Below, in pieces: positions 22,014 through 29,294 of a DNA stretch of 34,300 nucleotides. The notes beneath the pieces are model-generated. The model worked only from the letters and a program-made list of their open reading frames with translations. It was not told the DNA's origin and searched no databases. A program made the translations under genes and the position numbers. How positions within the stretch are numbered: position 1 is the stretch's first letter; each line of letters starts with the position of its first letter. Source of the stretch: an uncultured Gammaproteobacteria bacterium (lineage in GTDB: Bacteria; Patescibacteriota; Patescibacteriia; UBA2591; CAZVCF01); contig CAZVCF010000001.1 in NCBI GenBank assembly GCA_964626355.1, forward strand, positions 26,936 through 61,235. The letters are read 5' to 3'.

Positions 22014-22568
22014 TTATATCTCCTGCTCCCGAATAAGAAACGTGCGTACGTAGTTATTGGCACGCAACAATTTGATTGATTCCTTCAGTATAACTCCCAC
22101 CTCATAAGGGCAAAGCCAAATACTCTTCTGAAATTGTTTAAAACCGAACATTTTTAACCGTCGACGCAATCGATTTCGCAATACATATTTCTCCTCGGGG
22201 ATATCAAAAACGACCATATACCATTGCCCGTCATTTCTCTTCTTTTGTGGCATCGTTCGTATCTTGATGTCGGTGATTCTACGCATTCCTTTCTCTGAAA
22301 GCAAAAAACCCGCACCGCTTTTTATATCTTTCTTTTCAGGCGTCAAAAGGTATCCTTCCCGTTTAAGGCGATAGACTAATTGCGCAAAACGCGCTCGCTG
22401 TTCTTCGCGCAACCGTACTTTCTTCTTAAAATACCAGTAATTCTGAAAAAATCTATTATATAATTCCTTTCGCGATGCCACAGCGCCATAAATATCCGCC
22501 GCGTTTATCACGCAATCATATAATGACAATAGTACCTTATCGGTCAAAGGAATTTTTATTTTAGACAT
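22014..22568 (-). CDS. PaaX-like regulator (wHTH-like N-terminus plus the 'WxxxxFDIPE...R..LRRxLxxxGF...SxW' domain)
   Basis: ATG at 22568, 184 aa. NDGQWYMVVFDIPEEKYVLRNRLRRRLKMFGFKQFQKSIWLCPYE follows the PaaX middle-domain (Cas2-like fold) pattern. LVYRLKREGYLL resembles a wHTH wing region. Confidence 0.55.
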   Translation of the reverse strand: MSKIKIPLTDKVLLSLYDCVINAADIYGAVASRKELYNRFFQNYWYFKKKVRLREEQRARFAQLVYRLKREGYLLTPEKKDIKSGAGFLLSEKGMRRITDIKIRTMPQKKRNDGQWYMVVFDIPEEKYVLRNRLRRRLKMFGFKQFQKSIWLCPYEVGVILKESIKLLRANNYVRTFLIREQEI

Positions 22569-22606
22569 AAAAAGATATTACCATTTCTCATCACAACTAC
22601 ACAATA

Positions 22607-22652
22607 AATTATATACACCTATGAAACGATCGTTTTATAGGTGTATATAATT
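22607..22652. promoter_or_regulatory. 46-bp near-perfect palindrome (operator-like site 2) overlapping the probable -10 of the regulator gene
   Basis: The sequence is aattatatacacctatgaaacgatcgttttataggtgtatataatt, and 22 of 23 arm positions pair (checked pair by pair). On the minus strand gtgtatataatt supplies a TATAAT ~40 nt upstream of the ATG at 22568. Confidence 0.7.
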
Positions 22653-22743
22653 TAAAAATGCATTCTTGATGCATAATTCGTAATTCAAAATTTAATTTTT
22701 AACTAATTGGACTACCAACTATTCCCCATTTTTGCTATTTGAT

Positions 22744-22848
22744 TTTTGCCCGGCCTTCATAGCCGAAGCTACTTCGGCGGAATAGGCAATTTGTTTCGCC
22801 TGCCAGTCGAAGTCTTGGCACAGGCAGAAATTTCGATATTCGAATTTT
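22744..22848. repeat. REP/MITE-like structured repeat, copy 1 (downstream of leuS)
   Basis: ttttgcccggccttcatagccgaagctacttcggcggaataggcaattt matches 30937-30957 plus 31022-31046. It contains the hairpin gccgaag cta cttcggc. atttcgatattcg (22829-22841) is the reverse complement of cgaatatcgaaat at 30841-30853. Confidence 0.75.
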
Positions 22849-22884
22849 ATTTCTAACTTTTCACTATTCACTTTTAATTTTAAA

Positions 22885-25479
22885 CTATAGTACTATATTG
22901 ACCAACCTTCCTTTCACGAAAATAATTTTTTTAGGTTGAACACCGTTGAGTATCTGTTTTATTTTTTCGCGTTTGAGCGCCATGCGGCGCGCGTCCTCTT
23001 CATTAATAGACGCGCTTACCAAAACTTTATCGCGCAATTTTCCGTTGACTTGGATAATCAACTCTATTTCTTCGTCGCGCGCCAACTTTAGATTATATAT
23101 CGGCCATTTTTCTAAAAAGATTGATTTTTTATTACCGAGATTCTCCCACAACTCTTCAGCGATATGCGGCGCGAACGGAGAGAGTAATTTTAGAAATAGT
23201 TGATAGTTGATAGTTGATAATTGACTTACATTTTTTTCCATTTCATTAAGCAAAATCATCAGCGTCGAGATCGCCGTATTAAATCGCATATTCTCAATAT
23301 CTTCCGTCACCTTTTTAATCGTCTGGTGCAATAATTTATCAACGAATAACGAATTTTTTGCGAATTTACGAATTCGTTTATTCGTATCGGATTCGCTATT
23401 CGCTGATGAAATAAATTTCCATATTCTCTCCAGAAACCTCCTCATTCCAATAATGCCACGCGTATTCCAGCTTACTGCTTCGCCAAATGGCCCGACAAAC
23501 ATTTCATACAATCGCAAAGTGTCCGCGCCGTATTGTTTCACGACTTCATCCGGATTCACTACGTTTCCTTTTGATTTTGACATTTTCTCGTTTCCTTCGG
23601 CGAGAATCATTCCGTGCGAACGACGCGCGCGATACGGTTCAAAAGTTGGCACCGCGCCGATATCGCATAAAAATTTATTCCAAAAACGAGAATAGAGTAA
23701 ATGAAGAGTCGTATGTTCCATTCCGCCGTTATATAAATCAATCGGCATCCAATACCGCAATAATTTCTGCACTTTTTTATTTTTAAAAAATTGTTGCGAG
23801 TTGTTTGTTGTGAGTTGTTTGTTAATCGCATAGGCGAGGTAGTACCAACTGCTTCCCGCCCAATTCGGCATCGTGTCTGTTTCGCGCTTTGCCTTTCCGC
23901 CGCAACGAGAACATTTCGTATCAACCCATTTTGTTATCCCTGCAAGCGGCGATTCGCCGGTATTCGTCGGTTCATAGTGTTTTACTTTTGGCAATTTCAC
24001 CGGAAGTTTATTTTCTGAAATAGGAATCCAGCCCGGATTAAGCAACTCTCCTTGAGAAAATTTTAGATTTTGAATTTTAGATTTTAGATTTCCATTTTGT
24101 TTTTTACGACAATTATCGCAAAAAACAAGAGGAATCGGCTCTCCCCAATAATGTTGACGCGAAAAAATCCAATCGCGCAATTTATACTGCGTCTTTTTTT
24201 CTCCGCTATTTTTCTTTTCAAGCCATTGCGTTATACGATACCGCGCCTCTTGCGAAGTGAGATCGGTAAATCCTCCTGAATTGATTAAAATCCCATCGTC
24301 TTCGAAAACCGTATCAATTGCATTTTTAAATTTTAAATTGTCATTTTGATTTTTGATTTTTGCATTTTGAATTTTAAAATCATCTTTATTGGCAATAACT
24401 TGCTTGATCGGCAACCCATATTGCTTCGCGAACTCCCAATCCCTTGAATCATGCGCTGGAACCGCCATTACCGCGCCAGTGCCATAATGTGCCAACACAT
24501 AATCCGCGATCCAAATCGGCACTTCTTCGCCATTCAACGGATTAACCGCTTTAATCCCTTTCAACTCAACGCCTGTTTTTTCTTTATTCAACTCCGTCCT
24601 TTGTAAATCCGATTTCTTGCGTGTTTCTTCAATATACTTCTTTACTTCTTCATAATTCGTAATTCGTGATTCATAATTCTTTATTGCTTCATGTTCCGGC
24701 GCCACGACTAAATACGTGCACCCAAAAATCGTATCCACCCTTGTTGTAAACACTTCAATCTGAAATCTGAAATCTGAAATCTGAAATCTGACAATCGTTC
24801 CTTCCGATTTTCCTATCCAATTAATCTGCTGCGTCTTAATTTTTTCAAGATAATCAACTGTATCCAAATCAGCAATCAGACGATCCGCGTAATCGGTGAT
24901 TTTAAGCACCCATTGCTCTTTATTTTTTTTAACGGTCTCCGCGCCGCATCGTTCGCACTTTCCGTCAACTACTTCTTCGTTCGCCAATCCGATTTTACAG
25001 CTCGAACACCAATTGATCGGCATATTTTTTTTATACGCCAATCCGTGCTTGAATAATTGCAAAAAAATCCACTGCGTCCAGCGATAATAATGTGGATCAG
25101 TGGTGTTGATCTCGCGCGACCAATCAAAACTCAACCCCATTTGCTTGATTTGTTTTTTGAATATCGCGATATTCTGTTTCGTGACAATCGCTGGCTGTGT
25201 TTTTGTCTTAATCGCGAAGTTTTCCGTTGGCAGACCGAATGCGTCCCATCCCATCGGATAGAGAACATTGTACCCTTGCATCCGTTTCATCCGCGCCATC
25301 GCGTCAAGCGCGGAATAACTGCGCAGATGTCCGACATGCAATCCAGCGCCGCTCGGATACGGAAACTCAACCAAACAATAAAATTTTGGTTTTTTGTCAA
25401 AATCTTTCGCGCTATACAAATCGCTTTTCTCCCACCTTTTCTGCCACTTCTTCTCAATTTTTTGAGGATTGTATTTCAT
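22885..25479 (-). CDS. leuS: Leucyl-tRNA synthetase
   Basis: ATG at 25479 (MKYNPQKIEKKWQ); the ORF-track start at 25491 is TTG. The HIGH-type motif is GLHVGHLRSY and the KMSKS motif is KMSKSKGN. Full-length class Ia architecture. It contains several short repeat-derived in-frame inserts. Confidence 0.97.
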   Translation of the reverse strand: MKYNPQKIEKKWQKRWEKSDLYSAKDFDKKPKFYCLVEFPYPSGAGLHVGHLRSYSALDAMARMKRMQGYNVLYPMGWDAFGLPTENFAIKTKTQPAIVTKQNIAIFKKQIKQMGLSFDWSREINTTDPHYYRWTQWIFLQLFKHGLAYKKNMPINWCSSCKIGLANEEVVDGKCERCGAETVKKNKEQWVLKITDYADRLIADLDTVDYLEKIKTQQINWIGKSEGTIVRFQISDFRFQIEVFTTRVDTIFGCTYLVVAPEHEAIKNYESRITNYEEVKKYIEETRKKSDLQRTELNKEKTGVELKGIKAVNPLNGEEVPIWIADYVLAHYGTGAVMAVPAHDSRDWEFAKQYGLPIKQVIANKDDFKIQNAKIKNQNDNLKFKNAIDTVFEDDGILINSGGFTDLTSQEARYRITQWLEKKNSGEKKTQYKLRDWIFSRQHYWGEPIPLVFCDNCRKKQNGNLKSKIQNLKFSQGELLNPGWIPISENKLPVKLPKVKHYEPTNTGESPLAGITKWVDTKCSRCGGKAKRETDTMPNWAGSSWYYLAYAINKQLTTNNSQQFFKNKKVQKLLRYWMPIDLYNGGMEHTTLHLLYSRFWNKFLCDIGAVPTFEPYRARRSHGMILAEGNEKMSKSKGNVVNPDEVVKQYGADTLRLYEMFVGPFGEAVSWNTRGIIGMRRFLERIWKFISSANSESDTNKRIRKFAKNSLFVDKLLHQTIKKVTEDIENMRFNTAISTLMILLNEMEKNVSQLSTINYQLFLKLLSPFAPHIAEELWENLGNKKSIFLEKWPIYNLKLARDEEIELIIQVNGKLRDKVLVSASINEEDARRMALKREKIKQILNGVQPKKIIFVKGRLVNIVL
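24321..24380. repeat. Solo IVS-element arm embedded in frame in leuS
   Basis: catttttaaattttaaattgtcattttgatttttgatttttgcattttgaattttaaaat closely matches the right arm of element B (4581-4632). It is translated as DFKIQNAKIKNQNDNLKFKNA. Confidence 0.85.
24759..24791. repeat. Heptanucleotide microsatellite (tctgaaa x4 plus a partial unit) in frame in leuS
   Basis: tctgaaa tctgaaa tctgaaa tctgaaa tctga, translated on the minus strand as QISDFRFQI. Confidence 0.9.
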
Positions 25480-25489
25480 ATCATAATTC

Positions 25490-25540
25490 AAAAATCAAAA
25501 ATAAAAAATCAAAATGACAATGCAAAATTCAAAATTATTT
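25490..25540. repeat. Solo IVS-element arm (left-arm orientation) in the leuS 5' leader
   Basis: The core aaaatcaaaatgacaatgcaaaat within aaaaatcaaaaataaaaaatcaaaatgacaatgcaaaattcaaaattattt is largely complementary to the arm inside leuS at 24321-24380. Confidence 0.75.
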
Positions 25541-25638
25541 CTTATTAAATTTTGAATTGGGGACAATCCCCAAAAATAATTTTGGACTTTAATTTCCGCT
25601 TTTCGCTTTAATCTTATATCTAAACGCAAAAACCATTG

Positions 25639-26250
25639 TTATATGTCTACTTTTATCTCTCTGCCGATTTTTTTTATTTCTTCAACTGCTTCCTTAATGG
25701 CTTCGGTACCATCGATATCGATACCGTTACCCCACAGATTCATATACGTTATCTTGTTGTTCGAATGCTTTAACGCTTCGGCAATGACTTTCGCGCCAGC
25801 GGATCGAATTAAGTTTTCTCGCAGATCCATACTCGTTACCTTATTATTCGAATGCTTGAGCACTTCAGCGATTGCTTGCGCGCCAGCGGATCCAATAGAG
25901 CTCCAGCCAATATCTATATCTCCAACTCTGTTTTTTTTATGGGTTAAAATACTAACTATTTGACCCATTGTCTTCCTTGCGTGCTTAAATTCTACTTTTC
26001 CTTTGTCATCCACCTCGTATCCAACATTAAGATTTAGTTCCTTGATGATTCGTTCAATCGAGCCACGCACGATAATGGGATACGAAAACTTATTCTTGAG
26101 TGCATCTCTTTTCTGTTGTAATTCTTTTTTCAACTGTTTTGCTTCAGTAAAATCCCCGGAATCGCGGACGCGGAGATAGACAGCGCTATACTCGTCGGCG
26201 AGGCGTTGGAGGGATTCGTATTCGGTTTTGAGGTTTGAGCAGATGGACAT
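25639..26250 (-). CDS. RNI-like (ribonuclease-inhibitor-type) leucine-rich-repeat protein
   Basis: ATG at 26250 (MSICSNLKTEYE); the ORF-track start at 26334 is GTG upstream of the predicted promoter. The repeats are GWSSIGSAGAQAIAEVLKHSNNKVTSMDLRENLIRSAGAKVIAEALKHSNNKITYMNLWGNGIDIDGTEAIKEAV. Confidence 0.75.
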   Translation of the reverse strand: MSICSNLKTEYESLQRLADEYSAVYLRVRDSGDFTEAKQLKKELQQKRDALKNKFSYPIIVRGSIERIIKELNLNVGYEVDDKGKVEFKHARKTMGQIVSILTHKKNRVGDIDIGWSSIGSAGAQAIAEVLKHSNNKVTSMDLRENLIRSAGAKVIAEALKHSNNKITYMNLWGNGIDIDGTEAIKEAVEEIKKIGREIKVDI

Positions 26251-26258
26251 AGATATGA

Positions 26259-26286
26259 ATTTTACCGTATCCGTAATAAAGTGCAA
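26259..26286 (-). promoter_or_regulatory. Sigma70-like promoter TTGCAC-16 nt-TAAAAT for the LRR gene
   Basis: The -35 is gtgcaa (26281-26286, reverse complement) and the -10 is atttta (26259-26264, reverse complement). The ATG is 9 nt downstream, giving a near-leaderless transcript. Confidence 0.5.
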
Positions 26287-26343
26287 GAAAATATATGAAA
26301 ATAAGGGGAAAAACGCTATCCACAGCTTATCCACCGCGCCCTA

Positions 26344-26372
26344 TTGACAAATCTCCTCAAATAACCTATACT
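26344..26372 (+). promoter_or_regulatory. Sigma70 consensus-like promoter TTGACA-17 nt-TATACT for the LysM-CHAP gene
   Basis: ttgaca lies at 26344-26349 and tatact at 26367-26372. The ATG is at 26387. Confidence 0.7.
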
Positions 26373-26386
26373 GTCTTTACATCAAT

Positions 26387-27712
26387 ATGAGTAACAACTC
26401 AAAAATTTTTTTGTCCGTAAAGCTTTTTTTGACAAAAATCGGGATTAAATCCCTTTTTTCCCTTATCTATCTTTTTAAGCATTCGGTTATTCTTTTGATC
26501 CCGTTTTGGATTATCGTCCGTTTTATCTTCAAAATTCTTAGTTTCTTATTTAAACCCTTAGTCATACGGTTTTTTCTTTTTTTCAAAAAAATATATAAAG
26601 AAAATATCGGCGCGCTGATGATGCAAAAAGTCGCCCAGCAATTACCGTCTCTTTTTCCGTTTTCTTTTATCCCGCATATCGCGCGTAAAAAAATCGCGTC
26701 AACAGTTGGTATTCTTCTTCTTTTTTCTAGCGCGCTCTACAGCGCCCATGGAATGTATAGTCAATCAAAATGGATGGCGATGATGTCATCGAATGCGCCT
26801 CAAGAAAAAACGAACGGGATAAAAGTAACACTCAACACTTCTCCAACTCAAGGCGAACCGCAAAAATCGCGCGCGTACGATTTTAGTATCGCCGCCGAGC
26901 AATCGAACAATAATGCGTCTTCGTTCAGTAATGGGGATATGATTATCCTTGACGGTTCAAATGACGAACAAATGCGGACATCAATTGAAACATACACTGT
27001 GCAATCCGGAGACACGCTCGCGTCAATCGCGAAAAAATTTGATATCAAAATAGAAACAATTCTTGTTGAAAATAAATTAACCTCTTTCTCAATTATTCGT
27101 CCCGGACAAGAGCTGCGCATTCTGCCGCTTGACGGAATCAGTTATAAAATCAAAAAAGGCGATACCATCGCCGCGATCGCAAAAACCTATCGAGGAAACA
27201 TTGAAGATATTCTTGACTTCAACAACCTTGCTGACGCGAATGACGTTTTTCCTGGTGACGAACTTATTATCCCGCAAGGGAAGATCCCGCCGCCGCCGGT
27301 TCCGCGCGCCATCGCCCGTAACGCGCAATCAAAAGAAAAATTAGAATATATAAAACAATATGGTGAAGGAAAAATAACTGGGCAAGGTTGCCGTCGATTC
27401 ATCGGAGGCCAGTGCACCTATTGGGTTGCAAAAAAACGATGTATCCCGTGGACAGGAAACGCGAAAGATTGGATCAGAAACGCGAAAGCGTCAGGATTTC
27501 CAACCGGCAACGAACCGCGCGTCGGTGCAATTGTCACCTTAAAAGAAACTGGATGGGCGGCGCGCCGTTATGGTCATGTCGCATACGTGGAGGAAGTCAC
27601 CGATACTACTATTACTTTCTCTGAAATGAATTTCAAGGGTCCGTGGATTGTTACGCGCCGCACTTTGGAACGCAATAGTCCAAAAATTGTTCTGCCGTAT
27701 ATATATGAATAG
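26387..27712 (+). CDS. Membrane-anchored peptidoglycan hydrolase with two LysM domains and a C-terminal CHAP domain
   Basis: 441 aa with N-terminal hydrophobic helices. The LysM domains are YTVQSGDTLASIAKKFDIKIETILVENKL...PGQELRILP and YKIKKGDTIAAIAKTYRGNIEDILDFNNL...PGDELIIP. The CHAP Cys is in GGQCTYWVAKK and the His in YGHVAYVEEV. Confidence 0.9.
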   Translation: MSNNSKIFLSVKLFLTKIGIKSLFSLIYLFKHSVILLIPFWIIVRFIFKILSFLFKPLVIRFFLFFKKIYKENIGALMMQKVAQQLPSLFPFSFIPHIARKKIASTVGILLLFSSALYSAHGMYSQSKWMAMMSSNAPQEKTNGIKVTLNTSPTQGEPQKSRAYDFSIAAEQSNNNASSFSNGDMIILDGSNDEQMRTSIETYTVQSGDTLASIAKKFDIKIETILVENKLTSFSIIRPGQELRILPLDGISYKIKKGDTIAAIAKTYRGNIEDILDFNNLADANDVFPGDELIIPQGKIPPPPVPRAIARNAQSKEKLEYIKQYGEGKITGQGCRRFIGGQCTYWVAKKRCIPWTGNAKDWIRNAKASGFPTGNEPRVGAIVTLKETGWAARRYGHVAYVEEVTDTTITFSEMNFKGPWIVTRRTLERNSPKIVLPYIYE

Positions 27713-27773
27713 TCAAAAGACTGCAGAGTAAATGCATTTAACCGCGCGCGCAGTATCGTGGATAAAACAGAAA

Positions 27774-27806
27774 CCCCCTAAATTTTACGAAGTAAAATTT
27801 AGGGGG
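27774..27806. terminator. Bidirectional intrinsic terminator (14-bp perfect stem) between convergent genes
   Basis: ccccctaaatttta cgaag taaaatttaggggg. T-rich sequence follows on both strands (tttctgtttta on the minus strand). Confidence 0.8.
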
Positions 27807-27813
27807 TAATTCT

Positions 27814-28275
27814 TTATATTTCATCCTCGTCATCTTCTATTTTATCAAGCTCAATTTCTTTCCATCCGTATGTGCATTTGCAATCGGTGTTTGTAATGTG
27901 TAATATACTCTGCCCATCCTCTTGGATAAAGAACAACAATTCACCGTCATGTCCGTCAAAAGTCCAGGTTACATTGATGGTAAATTGCCCTTCTTGGAAA
28001 ATATAACCGTTAACAGAACATATGTCGTACGAACTATCAAATATATCCTGCATAAAAAAGTGTCCATCGACGTTATCTCTTTCGAGACCGTACATGAATT
28101 CATACAAATTTTGTATTTCTTCTCGCGTCAAACGTGTCGCGTCTTGACGCACTTCATCCGCAAAATAGGCGGCATGGGGTTTGGAATTAGGAAACGCAAG
28201 AATTCTCAGCGTCTCTCCGATTAAATCAAGATTGCCGCTATGAATAATTCTTTCTACTAGTCTTTTTTTCGTCAT
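27814..28275 (-). CDS. Hypothetical protein (153 aa), acidic C-terminus
   Basis: ATG at 28275 is preceded by aaggaaaggg. The ORF-track start at 28302 is a TTG inside a palindrome. I recognise no family. Confidence 0.6.
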   Translation of the reverse strand: MTKKRLVERIIHSGNLDLIGETLRILAFPNSKPHAAYFADEVRQDATRLTREEIQNLYEFMYGLERDNVDGHFFMQDIFDSSYDICSVNGYIFQEGQFTINVTWTFDGHDGELLFFIQEDGQSILHITNTDCKCTYGWKEIELDKIEDDEDEI

Positions 28276-28293
28276 TTTTTCCCTTTCCTTGTT

Positions 28294-28325
28294 AAAAGGC
28301 AATTTTTTTAAAAAAATTGCCTTTT
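28294..28325. other. Perfect 32-bp A/T-rich palindrome directly upstream of the 153-aa gene RBS
   Basis: aaaaggcaattttttt / aaaaaaattgcctttt. It could act as the terminator of the upstream small gene. Confidence 0.7.
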
Positions 28326-28358
28326 AAGATTGTAAATCACCTTTTTTGATTTTTCCAT

Positions 28359-28391
28359 CAACCTGAATTTTACAAAGTAAAATTCAGGTTG
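28359..28391. repeat. Hairpin homologous to the 27774-27806 terminator hairpin
   Basis: caacctgaatttta caaag taaaattcaggttg has the same 14-bp stem / 5-nt loop design and the shared core aatttta cNaag taaaatt. No T-tract follows. Confidence 0.75.
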
Positions 28392-28413
28392 ACTTATAGT
28401 GTGAATAACTTTG

Positions 28414-28671
28414 TCATGGTCCTCGTCTTCGACGATTACGATAATTTGCATCGTAACGGTCTTTTTCAATTTTTCCGCGATATTTCAGCCATTCTTTATA
28501 GCGCACTTTCATCGCGTTATTGAATGGCTTGGTGAACAATTTGAATGGAAATGAGATTATCGCGAATAATGCTTTAAAAATTCCTCCGAACGGAACCTTA
28601 ATTTTAAGATACTTTTCAGCGGCCTGTATCGCGAGTATCGCAATTATGAAACCGATTATATAATCCATCAT
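28414..28671 (-). CDS. Small membrane protein (85 aa) with a basic C-terminus
   Basis: ATG at 28671 is preceded by ggaagg, which overlaps the stop of the upstream gene. The sequence is MMDYIIGFIIAILAIQAAEKYL...FKALFAIISFPFKLF...NYRNRRRRGP. Confidence 0.55.
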   Translation of the reverse strand: MMDYIIGFIIAILAIQAAEKYLKIKVPFGGIFKALFAIISFPFKLFTKPFNNAMKVRYKEWLKYRGKIEKDRYDANYRNRRRRGP

Positions 28672-28673
28672 TT

Positions 28674-28967
28674 TTACCTTCCGTTCTGATAGACTGTTTT
28701 TGAATCTTTTTCTTTGGGAATAACAATATCTATACCACTTGAGACTATAGTCCACACCCCTGATGTCTCCAAAAATTTTAATGGCCTATCCGATATTTTA
28801 CTTCTTACTTCAACTGTCGCTGTACTAACTAAAGAGAAATCAAAAATTTCAATCCCGAGGAGTTTATTCATTCGCTCTATCTCTTGACAGGCATTGAGTG
28901 CTTCTGCCTTTGTCGCGAAACTAATTGATACTTTTTTTACTTTTAATGGACTTATTGTTTTCTGCAT
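28674..28967 (-). CDS. Hypothetical protein (97 aa)
   Basis: ATG at 28967 is preceded by aaggag. It appears translationally coupled to the 85-aa gene. I recognise no family. Confidence 0.5.
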   Translation of the reverse strand: MQKTISPLKVKKVSISFATKAEALNACQEIERMNKLLGIEIFDFSLVSTATVEVRSKISDRPLKFLETSGVWTIVSSGIDIVIPKEKDSKTVYQNGR

Positions 28968-29149
28968 AATATATTTCTCCTTATTCTCTGATTTTATAAC
29001 ACAAAATGTCATAAAACATTTTGTCAATAAATATTAAATTTTAATGAACTCAATTATGTCTCTAATATATCCAACGATATATTGCTTCGTTCGCTCAGAA
29101 TAAAAAAGAATAAAAATACATTCTTTATTTATTCTTCACTCACTTCATC

Positions 29150-29178
29150 AATATACCACATTTCCGCGAAAAAGTCAA
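29150..29178 (-). promoter_or_regulatory. Promoter TTGACT-17 nt-(TGtgg)TATATT for the 97-aa/85-aa gene pair
   Basis: The -35 is agtcaa (29173-29178, reverse complement) and the -10 is aatata (29150-29155, reverse complement). It is nearly identical to the module at 34206-34234. Confidence 0.6.
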
Positions 29179-29254
29179 GGGCAAAAAACGCTGTAATGAC
29201 AAGCAAAAAGGGGCATTAAACCCTTCTTGATCGTTTTTTACGATCAAATCAAAA

Positions 29255-29281
29255 ATCTGCGGAGGTCGAGCCTCCGCAGAT
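29255..29281 (-). terminator. Intrinsic terminator of purF
   Basis: atctgcggagg tcgag cctccgcagat forms an 11-bp stem. On the minus strand ttttgatttg follows. It lies 14 nt after the purF stop. Confidence 0.8.
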
Positions 29282-29294
29282 TTTATACAAAATT

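Noticed and set aside
22014-22568. The 184-aa protein as a Cas2 nuclease
   Set aside because: The FDIPE...R..LRR.L...GF..Q.S.W pattern resembles the Cas2 fold. The protein is twice the Cas2 size, has a wHTH-like N-terminal half as in PaaX-family regulators, and there is no cas1 or array nearby.
23198-24791. Intein or intron inside leuS
   Set aside because: The inserts are only ~9-20 codons long and in frame. They are made of the local simple-repeat families and carry no intein blocks or intron-like structure.
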